From positions 124,001 through 188,000 of the forward strand of contig NW_027590192.1 in NCBI RefSeq assembly GCF_964213995.1: a DNA stretch of 64,000 nt, written 5' to 3'. The translations under genes were made by a program, and so were the position numbers. The notes beneath the pieces are model-generated. The model was not told where the DNA came from, did not search any database, and saw only the letters and a list, made by a program, of their open reading frames with translations. The stretch comes from Mustelus asterias (taxonomy: Eukaryota). Each line of letters begins with the position of its first letter. Positions within the stretch are counted from its first letter, which is position 1. Positions 49,670-62,635 of the stretch are shown here, one piece after another.

Positions 49670-49960
49670 ATTTCCTTCCTATGGCGGCGCTCTTACCCAG
49701 CATTCGCAGCGAGAGAGAATGTGCCGTATTGTCACAATGGGAGCCGCTTGCGCAGGCGTAGTACCTGATTCTGAGTGGAGCATGCGCTGTGCGGATTCGG
49801 ACTGGCCCATGCGCAGTGTGGGTGCTGGAGCTGCAGGGAGGCGGGGGAGTGCAGAGGCTTCAGAAACAGCCAGTGGAGGAGGCCTCAAAACCCAGAATAA
49901 GAAACCCCCCCGGGCCCGAGTTTGCACCGACCCGGGGGGTAATTGCAGCAGCTCTACAAT
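49670..49960 (+). promoter_or_regulatory. CpG-rich promoter module upstream of Z8
   Basis: ATGGCGGC at 49681; TGCGCAGGCG, GAGCATGCGC and CATGCGCA motifs. Confidence 0.6.
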
Positions 49961-50603
49961 CGGGGAGGTGGTGGTAAAATCAGTGACACAGCCTAATGTT
50001 GTGGGGATGGGTTCAAGTCCCATCATGGAGCTGGGGGAGATTTAAATAGAATTCATAAAACGCTGGAAAATCTGGAATATAATTTCACTTGAGTAACCAT
50101 TACAGCTGTGAACAATTTTAAAAACCCATCCTGTTTATTCATGGGAATCTGCTGTCTCTCCATAGACTTGTCAACATGCGATTCAGCCTCTAACTGCCCT
50201 CCTCAGGGGCAGGAAATAAATGCTGGTCTTGGCAATAAAACCACATCACATGAAACAGTGAAGGAGAAACACTGATGGACTTGGGTTAATGGCTGTCATC
50301 TTTCTCGGGGGCAGGACACAGGCACGGCTATCACTGTCCCTGTGACAAAATGTGAATTTCTATCCTGGACTGACACTGATAGATTTTGGAGTCTCCTTTT
50401 CCAGAGGGTGAGAAGGGGAGGATTTACACACAGTAAACTCAAACCAAGAGAAATATTTGCTTCAATTTTTAACTTTGGACTTTTTTTTAAACAGGATATT
50501 AGAAGTGCAGGAGTGGAAGGGAGAAAACTCAAACCAAACATCGCATCAGGATCTGACGCTATCGCCTAAATTATTGTAATCTGAATATCATTGGGTTTTG
50601 AAC

Positions 50604-51641
50604 ATGGAAGGGGAAAGCACGGTTATCAGTGGAGAGAAACCGTACACGTGTTCTGTGTGTGGACGAACATTCAGCCGATCATCTGGCCTGTTGAAACATA
50701 AATGCAGTCACAACAAGGAGAAACAATGGAAATGTGGAGACTGTGGGAAGAGATTCAGATTCCCATCTGAACTGAAAACTCATCGACACAATCACACTGG
50801 AGAGAGACCATTCACCTGCTCTGAGTGTGGGAAGGGATTCACTACCTCATCCATCTTGCTGACACACCGGCGAGTTCACACTGGGGAGAGACCGTTCACC
50901 TGCTCCAAGTGTGGGATGGGATTCATTTGTTCATCCCATCTGCTGAAACACCGGTGGGTTCACACTGGGGAGAGGCCATTCAACTGTCATGAGTGTGGGA
51001 AGGGATTCGCTACCTCATCAATCCTGCTGACACACCAGAGAGTTCACACTAGAGAGAGACCATTCAGATGCTCTGATTGTGGGAAGGGATTCCCTACCTC
51101 TTCTATCCTGCTGAAACACCAGCGAGTTCACACTGGAGAGAGGCCGTTCACCTGCTCTGATTGTGGAAAGGGATTCACTGATTCATCCTACCTGCTGAAA
51201 CACCAGAGAATTCATAACAGGGAGAGGCCATTTATCTGCACCGAGTGTGGGAAGGGATTTACTCAGTCATTCAACCTCCTAAAACACCAGCGAGGTCACA
51301 ACGGAGAGAGGCCGTTCACCTGCTCTGAGTGTGGGAAGGGCTTCAGTCAGTCATTCATCTTGTTGAAACACCAGCGAGTTCACACTGGGGAGAGGCCATT
51401 CACTTGCTCCAGTTGTGGGAAGGGATTTATTGATTCATCCACCCTGCAGAGACACCAGCGAGTTCACACCGGGGAGAGACCATTCACCTGCTCTGATTGT
51501 GGTAAGAGATTCAGTCAATCATCCAACCTGGTAAAGCACCAGCGAATTCACACTGGGGACAGGCCATTCACCTGCTCCGTGTGTGGGAAGGGATTCACTC
51601 AGTCACCTCACCTGCTGAAACACCAGCGTGTTCACGAGTGA
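50604..51641 (+). CDS. Z8: C2H2 ZNF, 12 fingers, intact
   Basis: ATG at 50604 ([14 protein letters not shown]); acceptor acAG at 50493-50494; same subfamily as Z7. Confidence 0.9.
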   Translation: MEGESTVISGEKPYTCSVCGRTFSRSSGLLKHKCSHNKEKQWKCGDCGKRFRFPSELKTHRHNHTGERPFTCSECGKGFTTSSILLTHRRVHTGERPFTCSKCGMGFICSSHLLKHRWVHTGERPFNCHECGKGFATSSILLTHQRVHTRERPFRCSDCGKGFPTSSILLKHQRVHTGERPFTCSDCGKGFTDSSYLLKHQRIHNRERPFICTECGKGFTQSFNLLKHQRGHNGERPFTCSECGKGFSQSFILLKHQRVHTGERPFTCSSCGKGFIDSSTLQRHQRVHTGERPFTCSDCGKRFSQSSNLVKHQRIHTGDRPFTCSVCGKGFTQSPHLLKHQRVHE

Positions 51642-52088
51642 CTGCAAGGACTGGAGTTTGCTTTTAATCACATCAAGGTCCTGACTATTTTCATTGGTGT
51701 CTGTTTCTGCTGATAAATCCTAGCCCAGTTGGAAGGTTTATATTTTGGGTGGAACTCAAATACACAAGCTTTATGTTCAACACAGTGTGATGAATGCTTT
51801 TAATACCTCAAACATGTAAGTTCCATTTGAAGGGCTTCCCCCTCTCCCGTCTCCTCCATCCTCACCTCCAACAAGTGTGAGGAGCTCATGGAGCTTCTTT
51901 GTCACCAAGATTGAGACAATCTGATCAGCTGCCTCTGCTCCTTCCCTCTCTTCCATTCGCCCACCGGGCCAAACTGTCTTTAAATTTCCTTCTGGCCTGA
52001 CTCTTGAACTCATAAATACAAACAGGAATGCTGTAAAAACACAGCGGGTCTGACAGCACCTCTGGCGAGAGAAATAGATTTAATGTTT

Positions 52089-52610
52089 TGGGAGGCACGG
52101 TAGCACAGTGGTTAGCACTGCTGCTTCACAGCGCCAGGGACCCAGATTTGATTCCCGGCTTGGGTCACTGTCTGTGTGGAGTTTGCACATTCTCCCCGTG
52201 TCTGTGTGGGTTTCCTCCGGGTGCTCCGGTTTCCTCCCACATTCTGAAAGACGTGCTGGTTAGGCGCATTGACCCGAACAGCTTGTCTGGACTTGCAGAA
52301 TCTCACTGGCTGTCCTGTCTGGAGACAATACACATCTCTTTAACCTGTGCTTAATGCTCCCTCCACTCACATTGTTTGTACCTTTAAGACTTGATTATCT
52401 GTAAAGACTGCATTCCAATCATTATTCTGTAAATTGAGTTTGTGTCTCTGTGTGCCCTGTTTGTGAGCATTTCTCCACTCCACCTGACGAAGGGGCAGCG
52501 CTCCAAAAGCTAGTGGCATTTGCGACCAAATAAACCTGTTGGACTTTAACCTGGTGTTGTTAAACTTCTTACTGTCTTTATCCCAGTCAACGCCGGCATC
52601 TCCACATCAT
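52089..52610 (+). mobile_element. V-SINE head fused to a Penelope pLTR
   Basis: SINE 52089-52280; pLTR 52280-52610 matches 22680-23006; hammerhead GAAA mutated to AAAA at 52505. Confidence 0.88.
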
Positions 52611-53560
52611 GGATTCAGTTCTCCAGCTCCTGTCTGCAGACTGACAATAAAACCAATGGCTCTTATTGGGGGTGTTGGGGCCTCCAGCGGGTATTTGTGA
52701 ATCCTCCCCGCCCACCTCCCAGGGTTTCCTTCCTCCCCAGAGATCAGAGTCCTCATTGATTTGAGGCCAAAGTGTAACCTCTTATTTATTGTCCCCCTCC
52801 CCCATCCTCTGATGTGAACCATCCTCCAGTGGCTGAGCCAGGATGGGGCCGTTAACCTGGGCCTGTTCCCGGGAGGGAGGGAGAAGCCCCGCAGCTGCAA
52901 ACCAGGGAGCTGACAATGATTCTGAAGGGTTTGCGGATCCACAAAGTGTTTCCAATTCCTCCCAGCCACCGCCTAACGCTGACTCCGCTTCTCCGGGACA
53001 AACAAGCGCCAAGGCCAGCAATGACACAGCGCATGCTCCACATCACAATGCCCGGGGATTGGTTGACGGCAGCTCCGGACCAATAGGAAGAGGGGGCGGG
53101 GCTGGTCCCCAACCAATCGGAGTGAATGAGGGGCGGGACTGGAGGACCGAGCGGGAGCGGCTGGTCCTCCAACCAATCGCACTGAATGAGGGCCCGGACC
53201 AATAGGAAGAGTTCCCTATTCTTTGCATGGGAGAGATGCACATGCGCAGTAAGCAACGGCGTTCGCCGCGTGGGTGAAAGCAACTGGAGAGAAGTTCCTC
53301 TGTCTCATCAGCAGCCGGTAAGGATGCAGAAACATAGAGGGAGCAATGGAAGCGGCGGATGGACGTAGAGGGTTTCTAAATATCTGGTGAAGGCCTCAAA
53401 CCTCGAATATGAGCCCGTAGGTCCCGTGTTTGCAGTTTCGGGTCTTTGTCCCGAGACGAAGCTCAGGTTAACGGCCGCCATCTTGATCCAGCGGAGAGCA
53501 GAGCGCACGCGTTGGTGTCTTGGTGACGCAACCGTGACTGGGCGGGTCTTTGTGCTTCTG
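52611..53560. promoter_or_regulatory. Bidirectional module: cassette copy 3 (minus) plus a rightward module upstream of Z9
   Basis: 52611-53200 is the reverse complement of the 39950-40580 cassette; CATGCGCA at 53241; CCGCCATCTT at 53475. Confidence 0.68.
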
Positions 53561-54479
53561 CTCCCACCGGGTCCTAATGCACCCATCGGGTCCTATGCAT
53601 ACTAACAATGAGCAATAGATTTTCAAACAGCTTCACCCACTCCCAGGCTGCACCTCACGTTTGCAGCCGAGAGAAGTTTATGGGTCATGTACATATTCAG
53701 TGTGAGAGGTTGCATCCCAGAGTACTTACATGAAGCGGTTACACGGCTTTTGTACTCGTTGGAGTTTAGAAGGTTGAGGAGGAATTTATTGAATCATCCA
53801 GGATACGGCGAGGCCTGGACAGAGTGGATCTGGAAAGGATGCTTCCACGAGTAGGAAAAACTGGAACCAGAGGGCACAACCTCAGACTAAAGGGATGATC
53901 CTTTAAAACAGAGATGAGGAGGAATTTCTTCAGCCAGAGAGTGGTCAATCTGTGGAACTCTGTTGCAGAAGGCTGTGGAGGCCAGGTCATTGAGTGTCTT
54001 TAAGATAGAGATAGATAGGTTGTTGATTAATAAGCAGATCAGGGGTTATGGGGAAAAGGCAGGAGAATGGGGATGAGAAAAATATCAGCCATGATTGAAT
54101 GGTGGAGCAGACTCAGTGGGCCGAGTGGCCCAATTCTGCTCCGATGTCTTATAGCCTTTTCGTTACACTTCAGCCCCAGGCTCCTCATGTTTACATAGAA
54201 GCGGAAGTAGACCATTCAGCTCTTTGAGCATTCCCTGCCATTCATTATAGTCATGGCTGATCCTCAAATTCAATACCCTAATCCCACACCCCACCCCATA
54301 ATATCCGTTTAGCCCCAAGAGATATATTGAATTGAAATCAGGCTCTACTTCCACTTTTGAGGAACGGAGATCCAAAGAGTCACAACCCACTGAGAGAAAA
54401 ACATCTCATCTCTGTCTCTATGGGCAGCACTGTTTTTTAAATAGTGACCGCAAGATTCTCCCATTAGAGTAAACAACAC

Positions 54480-55932
54480 TTCTAACAAGTTTTTAGAAGG
54501 TATTTTGAGAGACAGGATCTACAGGCATTTAGAGACACAAGGACTGATTAGAGATCGTCATGTGAGTGGCATTTAGAGACAGCATGGCTTTGGAGTGGAA
54601 AATCATATCTCACAAATTTGATTGAGTTTTTTGAAGGAGTAACCAAGAAGGTAGATGAGGGCAGTGCAGTTGATGTTCTCTACATGACCTTTCGCAAGGC
54701 CTTTGACAAGATACCACATGGTAAGTTGTTGCATAAGGTTAAATCTCTCGGGATCCAGGGTGAGGTGGCCAAATCGGTACAAAATTGGCTTGATGACAGA
54801 AAAAGTCTCACAACACCAGGTTAAAGTCCAACAGGTTTATTTGGTAGCACAAGCCACAAGCTTTCAGAACACTGCCCCTTCATGACAGAAGACAGAGGAT
54901 GGTTGTAGAGGATTGTTTTTCAAAGTGGAGGCCTGTGACCAGCGGTGTGCCTCAGGGATTGGTGTTGCGTCCACTGTTATTTATCATTTATATTAATGAT
55001 GTGGATGAGAATTTAGGAGGCATGGTTCGTAAGTTTGCAGACACCAGGATTGTGGCATAGTGGACAGTGAAGAAGATTATCTCTGATTGCAACAGAATCT
55101 TGATCAATTGGGCCAGTGGGCTGACGAATGCCAGATGGAGTTTAATTTAGATAAATGCAAAGTGATGCATTTTGGTAGATCAAACCAGGGCAGGACTTAC
55201 TCAGTTAATGGTAGGGCATTGGGGAGAGTTATAGAACAAAGAGATCTAGGGGAACAGATTCATAGCTCCTTGAAAGTGGAGTCACAGGTGGACAGAGTGG
55301 TGAAGAAGGCATTCGGCATGCTTGGTTTCATTGGTCAGAACATTGAAAACAGGAGTTGGGACGTCTTGTTGAAGTTGTACAAGACATTGGTAAGGCCATA
55401 CTTGGAATACTGTGTGCAGTTCTGGTCACCCTATTATAGAAAGGATGTTATTAAACGAGAAAGAGTGCAGAAAAGATTTACTAGGATGCTACCGGGACTT
55501 GATGGTTATAAGGCGAGACTGGATAGACTGGGACTTTTTTTTCTGGAGCACAGGAGGCATAGGGGTGATCTTATAGAGGTCTATAAAATAATGAGGGGCA
55601 TAGATCAGCTAGACAGTCAATATCCTTTCCCAAAGGTAGGGGAGTCTAAAACTAGAGATCATAGGTTTAAGGGGAGAGATAAAAAGAGTCGAGAGGGGCA
55701 ATATTTTCATACAGAGGGTGGTGAGTGTCTTGAATAAACTGCCAGAGGTAGTATAGAGGCGGGTACAGTTTTGTCTTTTGAAAAGCGTTTAGACAGTTAC
55801 ATGGGTAAGATGGGTAGAGAGGGATATGGGCCAAATGCGGGCAATTGGGACTAGCTTCGGGGTTAAAAAAAGGGGCGGCATGGACAAGTTGGGCTGAAGG
55901 GCCTGTTTCCATGCTGTAAACCTCTATGACTC
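54480..55932 (+). mobile_element. 5'-truncated CR1 with a nested Penelope end (54803-54883); older CR1 pieces at 53750-54480
   Basis: ORFs 54618-54824 and 55087-55737; the nested piece is flanked by atgacagaa. Confidence 0.92.
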
Positions 55933-56895
55933 CTCTCCACATCCAAGACCTTTCAGGATGTGAAAGGTTTAAGTTAAGTTGCCTCTTACTCTTTTAAACT
56001 CGAGCAGAAGCTAAACTCGAGCAGAGACTGTCTCACTGCTCCTCATCAGACAATCCACCTATTCCAGGTGTTAGTCGACTAAACCTACTATGAACTTCTT
56101 CTAATGCACTTATATTTTTCCTTAAATAAGGAAATCGATAATGTAGACATTGCTCCAGATACAGACTCACCGTGTGCAACTGAAACATAACTTCACTGCT
56201 TTTACTCCATTCCCCTCATAATAAATAATAGCTTTCTGAATTAGTTGTACCTGGATTTTCTATCGTGATGGATTATGGATATTTTTTGTTCCAGGGGGTT
56301 AGAAAGGGAGGATTTACACACAACAAGCTCAAACCAAGAGAAAATGTTGTCTCTTCTGATATGGGCTTTCTGAATGGGATAAGTAGGGAGATGTGAATGG
56401 AATGTTTCCACTTGTTGGTTTTTCCTTTACTGGGAACCATGAACAGACAACAAATAAATCAAACAGGAAAATAGGAGATGTTTCTTTCTTCAGACAGTTG
56501 TTAGAATTTGGAACTCACTGCGACTGGAAGTGGTTGACACAAATACTTTAGATGCTTTCAAAAGGAAAATATATGAGCTTATGAGCGAAAAGGGATTGGA
56601 AAAATCAACTGAAAAGCTGAGATGTGGTGATCAGAATGAGAGGAGACTCATGTGGAGTATAAACTCCAGTACAGACTCGATAAACCGAATGGCCTGTTTG
56701 TGTATTGTCACAGACAGAACAAACAATTCTCATTCCCTGTTCAAAGATAATAACAATCAGCTCCTAATGATCCGAGTGACTGTCAGATCTCAACGTGATG
56801 TTTTGTTTGTGTTTTCTTGCTGTAAATCCTCCTTTCCATTATCCTGTAAAGGGAATTTACAAAAGTCATCACTGTCAGTTCAGGATAGATATATT

Positions 56896-57325
56896 CATAG
56901 AATTCCACAGCTCGGAAGGAGGCTATTTGGCCCATCAAGTCAAGTCTCCGACAGAGCATCCCACCAAGGCCCCAACAACATAACCCAACTTATTTACCCC
57001 ACTAATCTCCCTAACCTACACATCCTGGGGGAAAAATTGATAATTTAGCATGGCCAATCCACCTAACCTGAATATCTTTGGACTGTGGGAGAAAACCGGA
57101 GCACCCGGAGGAAACCCACGCAGACAAGTAGAGAATGTGCAAACTCCACACAGCAGCGCTCTGAAAGCTAGTGGCGTTTGTTACCAAATAAACCTTTTGG
57201 ACTTTAACCTTGTGTTGTTAGACTCCTTACTGTGTAAACTCCACACAGACAGGTAACCAAGGCCGGAATCGAACCCAGGTCCCTGGCGCTGTGAGGCAGG
57301 AGTACTAACCACTGTGCCACCGTGC
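56896..57325 (-). mobile_element. V-SINE with a nested Penelope end (57154-57234)
   Basis: Nested piece flanked by aaactccacacag at 57141 and ~57236. Confidence 0.88.
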
Positions 57326-57542
57326 CAGCCACGTAATTCTTTGTAAACTTATTTTGCAGGAAATAGAAGAGGAGGATTTGCAGTCTGGACAAACAAATCT
57401 CACGTCAGACAGAGTCAATCAATTCATTGGGATTTGAAGATTTGTGCATCTGAAGGGATTTAATTGACCATCTCAGTTGGAAACTGGTGAGAATCTGTTT
57501 CCTTGCTCCTCCTGTGGGGAGGGATTGATACAGCTGGAAAAC

Positions 57543-58748
57543 ATGCTGACACGACAGCGAGCTCGCAATAGTGAGAGTTCATCCACCTGCTCCGTGTGTG
57601 GGAAGAAATTCATGTGTTCGTCCAACCTGCTGGCTCACCAACTCGATCACATTATTCAGAAGCCTCTTCAAAGCTCTGACTCTGGGGAAAGCATTGAAAC
57701 CTCTGAGGAACAGGCCCAACACCAGCTCCTTCACACTGACGAGAGACCGTTCAGCTGCTCCCACTGCGGGAAGAGGTTCAGCCAGTCCTCCCGCCTTGCA
57801 GAGCACCAGCTCCTTCACACACACGAGAGACCGTTCAGCTGCTCTCACTGTGGGGAGTCATTCAGCGACTCAGTGCATCTCACTGAGCACCAACAAGTTC
57901 ACACCAAGGACAGGCCATTCAGCTGCTCTCAGTGTGGGAAGAGATTCACTCAGTCCTCCCACTGCACCGTTCACCAACAGATTCATTTTCAGAAGAGACA
58001 TTTTAAATGCTTTAAATGTGAGAAGACCTTCAAAAGAAGGATTAGTCTGCTGAGACACCAGGGCACTCACACTGGGGAGAGGCCATACGTTTGCCCTGTG
58101 TGTGGGAAAACATTTACTTGTTTGCAGCATCTGCTAAGTCACCGGCCTATTCACACCGGGGAGAAGGCATTCAGCTGCTCTGTGTGTGGGAAGGCTTTCA
58201 CGGAGTCATCCAGCCTCCGGAGACACCGCCGCACTCACACAGGGGAGAAGCCGTTCTCCTGCTCCATTTGCGGCAAAAGATTTGCTCAGTTTTCCTACTG
58301 CAATCAACACCAACGCATTCACTCTGATAAGAGACCTTTTCAATGCTCAGAATGCAATAAGACCTTTAAAAGAAGTGATGATCTGCTGAAACACAAACAC
58401 ATTCACACCGGAGAGAGGCCGTTCCTGTGCTCCGTGTGTGGAAAGGGATTCGCTCAGTCGTCTGGCCTGCTGAGACACCAACGCATTCACACCGGGGAGA
58501 AGCCGTTCACCTGCTCTGTGTGTGGGAAGGGATTCACTGATTCATCCTATATGCTGAAACACCAGCGAGCTCACACTGCGACAGAACCGTTCACCTGCTC
58601 CCTGTGTGGGAAGGGATTCACTGATCCATCCCGCCTGCAGAGACACCAGCGAGTTCACACTGGGGCAAAACCTTTCAACTGCTCCATGTGTGGGAAGGGA
58701 TTTAATCAGTATTACAGCCTGCTGAAACATAGACGACTTCATGTGTGA
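57543..58748 (+). CDS. Z9: divergent C2H2 ZNF, ~13 fingers plus 2 degenerate N-terminal fingers
   Basis: Frame open from 57477; first ATG at 57543 (start uncertain); acceptor ttttgcAG at 57358-57359. Confidence 0.85.
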   Translation: MLTRQRARNSESSSTCSVCGKKFMCSSNLLAHQLDHIIQKPLQSSDSGESIETSEEQAQHQLLHTDERPFSCSHCGKRFSQSSRLAEHQLLHTHERPFSCSHCGESFSDSVHLTEHQQVHTKDRPFSCSQCGKRFTQSSHCTVHQQIHFQKRHFKCFKCEKTFKRRISLLRHQGTHTGERPYVCPVCGKTFTCLQHLLSHRPIHTGEKAFSCSVCGKAFTESSSLRRHRRTHTGEKPFSCSICGKRFAQFSYCNQHQRIHSDKRPFQCSECNKTFKRSDDLLKHKHIHTGERPFLCSVCGKGFAQSSGLLRHQRIHTGEKPFTCSVCGKGFTDSSYMLKHQRAHTATEPFTCSLCGKGFTDPSRLQRHQRVHTGAKPFNCSMCGKGFNQYYSLLKHRRLHV

Positions 58749-60389
58749 CCGGCAACGTTGGATTCTGTTGTTTCTGCGCCCTGAGATAAACAATAACAAT
58801 TGGATGAATAGGGGAGGCAGTGGCACAGTGGAATTATCACTGGACTCAGGGTAAGGCTCTGGGGACCCAGGTTCGAATCCCACCACAGGCAATGGTGAAA
58901 TTTGTATTCAATTAAAATCTTGGATTAAAAGTCTAATGACAAACCTCAACCTTTAATCAATTGTCGTAAAAACCCATTTGATTCAGTAACGCCCTTTAGA
59001 AAAGGAAACCTGCCATCCTTACTTGGTCAGGCCTACATGTGACTCCAAACCAGCAATGTGGTTGACTCTCAAATGCCCTCTGAAATGGAGGGCAGATAGG
59101 GATGGGAAAGAAATGCTGGCCCAGCAAGTGACGCCTACATTCCGTAAAAATGAACTTAAAAAAGTTCCTCAGTATCTCAGTAACCTGCTCCAGCCCCACA
59201 ACACTCTGTGTAAATACAAGTTGTTGATGATTATGCCCTGAGATAGATAACGTGAACCCGATTCCCCTCGTCCGCCAACTCGGCAACTTCTTCACAAAAA
59301 GTAAAGCACATGGGATTGGGGCTGTTGTACTGAGATGGGTAGAAAACTGACTGGCAGACAGGAAACAAAGAGTAGGATTAAACGGGTCTTTTTCCAACTG
59401 GCAGGCAGTGACTATTTGGGTAACGCAGGATCAGTGCTGGGGCCTCAGTTACTCACCTGCCATAGGTCTTGTTTTTTTCCCCCTGTTTATTATGCATCAT
59501 TTTTAAATTGTTGCTTCCTAAGAATCTAATTTAAAACCATGGATAAACTCAAACCACTTTTGGAAAATCTGTGACTCTCTGATCAAGAATCGTCCTGACT
59601 ACTGCACACCATTCTGGTCAGCGTATTATTAAAAAAAATATCCAGGCACTGGAAAGGAGAGGATTTATATGATGAGATTTTAATGCAGAAGGCAGCTCAC
59701 CACCACCTTCTCAAGGGCAATCAGGGATTAGCCATAAATGCTGGCCAAGCCAGCAATGCCCACATCCCATAAATGATTTTCAAAACGTGTGTGTTTTTTT
59801 TTATCAGGAAAGGATTGACAGGCTAGTTCTTCTTTCTTGAGAAATGAAGGCTGAGGGGTAACCTGAGCAGAGGTCCTCAAATTTATAAAATGCTTTGATA
59901 CAGAAATAGTGTTTCCTCTTGTGGGGAAGAGCAAAAAGTAAAGTTTATTTATTAATCACAAGTAGGCTTAGATTAACACTGCAGTGAAGTTACTGGGAAA
60001 CTGGAGACAATCAATATAAAACAGTCACTAAGAAATCCAATCGGAAATCCAGGATAAATTTCTCTACACAAAGAGTGGCGAGAATATGGAAATCACAACT
60101 ACAGGGAGTGAAATGAACAGTACAGATGTCTTTCAGGGGAATCTCAACAAGTACTTATGAATGATTTTATAGTTCATTCAGGATTTATTTCAAAACGACT
60201 AAAAGTGACAGGAGATAATTTGCAGGGTGTGAGACTCTGTGTGTGAGGGTGTCTGTGAGTGTGTGTGTTGCTTTTCATTGGTGTCATAGAAACCTTCCTC
60301 TTTCTGAGCAGACAATCTGGCTCCTGAATGAGGTGAATTGTACAACTCAGAGATTCTCCATTCAGAATGACCATGTGCTGTGTAAAACA

Positions 60390-60884
60390 GGCATTCGGCC
60401 TCTGATCTTCGGGTAAGCATTCTCCAAGGCAGCCTTCACGACACAACAACGCAGAGTCGCTGAGCAGAGACTGATAGCCAAGTTCCGCACACATGAGGAT
60501 GGCCTCAACCGGGATCTTGGGTTCATGTCACACTATCTGTAAACCCCACAACTTGCCTGGACTTGCAAAATCTCACTTACTGTCCTGGCTGGAGACAATA
60601 CACATCTCTTTAACCTGTGCTTAATGCTCCCTCCACTTACATTGTCTGTACCTTTAAGACTTGATTACCTGTAAAGACTTGCATTCCAACCATTATTCTG
60701 TAAATTGAGTTTGTGTCTTTATATGCCCTGTTTGTGAACAGAACTCCCACTCATCTGACGAAGGGGCAGCGCTCCGAAAGCTTGTGTGGCTTGTGCTACC
60801 AAATAAACCTGTTGGATTTTAACCTGGTGTTGTGAGACTTCTTACTGGGCTTACCCCAGTCGAACACCGGCATCTCCACATCAT
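60390..60884 (+). mobile_element. Penelope 3' fragment (GIY-YIG end plus pLTR) with a hammerhead motif at 60750-60795
   Basis: Matches 22515-23006; CTGACGA at 60755, GAAA at 60776. Confidence 0.92.
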
Positions 60885-60944
60885 GGAATCTCTCTCCACA
60901 GTTGCTGTCAGACTTGCTGAGGTTTTGCAGCATTTTCTGTTTTG

Positions 60945-61115
60945 AAGTCAGTGCTTTGCTGTGTTGTCCCTGTGCTCCATCCCCACTCTGATTGTATTGG
61001 AGCCTGTGTGTGTCACTGTTACACTCAGAGTAAGTCAGTGCTTTGCTGTGTTGTCTCTGTGCTCCATCCCCACTCAGATTGTATTGGAGCCTGTGTGTGT
61101 CATTGTTACACTGAG
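60945..61115. repeat. 87-bp direct repeat, 2 copies
   Basis: aagtcagtgctttgctgtgttgtc... at 60945 and 61032. Confidence 0.9.
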
Positions 61116-61154
61116 ACTCTGTCACTGTTATTATTGGACAAACAGCAAGCCACC

Positions 61155-61545
61155 GTCACAATGCCCGGCTGATTGACGGTAGCGCGGACCAATGGGAAGA
61201 GAAGGGGCTGGAGGACCAGCCTTTCCCGCTCGGACCTCCAACCAATCACAGTGAATGAGGGGCGGAGCTGGAGCATGCGCATTGTGGGTAATGGGGACGG
61301 AGACGGGCTGTTTTTTCGGCTCGGAGATAGATTAGCGGTGATTGACGGTACGGAGGGGGCGAGGGATCTCGCGGGTGGACGGAAACGCTGCGTAAGCAGG
61401 TTGTGTCAGCCACGAACCTCGGTAAAGAGCTTCACGGACCCAGTTTGTACCGAGCGGTACCGCAGCTCCTCATGGTCGGGCCGTGTTCATGGCCGCCATC
61501 TTTATTGGGGGCAATATGCAACAAGGCGCATGCGCAGGCCGGCAT
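61155..61545. promoter_or_regulatory. Promoter module upstream of Z10
   Basis: Cassette core in minus orientation (CCAAT, GGGGCGG), GAGCATGCGCA at 61271, CCGCCATCTT at 61493, GCGCATGCGCA at 61526. Confidence 0.65.
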
Positions 61546-62635
61546 CGTTTTAGGGGGTAATATTGTCAATGAGTGGGAGGAGCTTGTTCCCCAGTGTTCA
61601 GAATGGAGACAACTTGTCCATCAAACTGCATCAACCCTCTGAGTCCCAATGTCTTATTGACGAGGCAGAGCGGTGGCAGAGAAGGAAAGAAAGGGAAATA
61701 GCTTTGACAAACGGTCATCTGGCCTCAACGTCAGCTCTTTTCTCTCCTCACAGATGCTGCCAGACCTGCTGAGATTTTCCAGCATTTTCTCTTTTGGAAA
61801 GGGAAATAAATTCTGCTTTCCAGATCCCACTATATCATGGGATTTCTTTCCCATTCATCTTCTGTTCCACCATCCTTATAGGCAGCGAGTTCCAGATCAT
61901 GTGCTCTCCCTACCCAAGTATAAATCTTCCTCAAATGCCTGCTCTATCACGATTCAAATAATGTCCTGTATATTACACTTGTATCCAGTATTATAGACAT
62001 CTGTCTGGCAGCCTGCATGGAGATTTTCAACTCCCTGTGTCCAGGACAGGCAGCAGTGAGCATGGATCTGTCAATCAGCCTCAATCAGCACCTTCAGGAG
62101 AATTGGGAGGGTGAATATTAGATACAGCAGAGTGAGAATGGAGGGAGAGTGTGTGGAATGGAGATTCACAGCTTTTGGGGAATGAGAGAGGAAAGAATGT
62201 TCCATAGAAACTTGAACTGTCTGTTCTGAACTTCTATCTTGTACTGACATTGATGACTTTTGTAAATTCCTTTTACAGGATATTAGAAGGTGAGGATTTA
62301 CAGACAGAAATCTCAAACCAAACGTCACATCAATATCTGACAGAGGCCTCAATTCGTCGGGACCTGAATATTATCGACCTTTGAATCCAGAATGGAAATG
62401 TTTCTCTGTTCTGTCTGCTTCAGGAGATTTTAAATTTCAGTGTCACTGGAAAAGCACCGAGACACATACACACCCGAGTAAGAGTGCTCCAGTGCACTGA
62501 GTGTGGAAAGAGCTTTAACCAGTTACACAGCCTGAAAATACATCGCAGCATTCACAGCGGGGAGAGACTGTACCCGTGTTCTGTGTGAGACTTAACTGAT
62601 TGTTTAACCTGGAGAGTCACAAGGACACCCGCACC

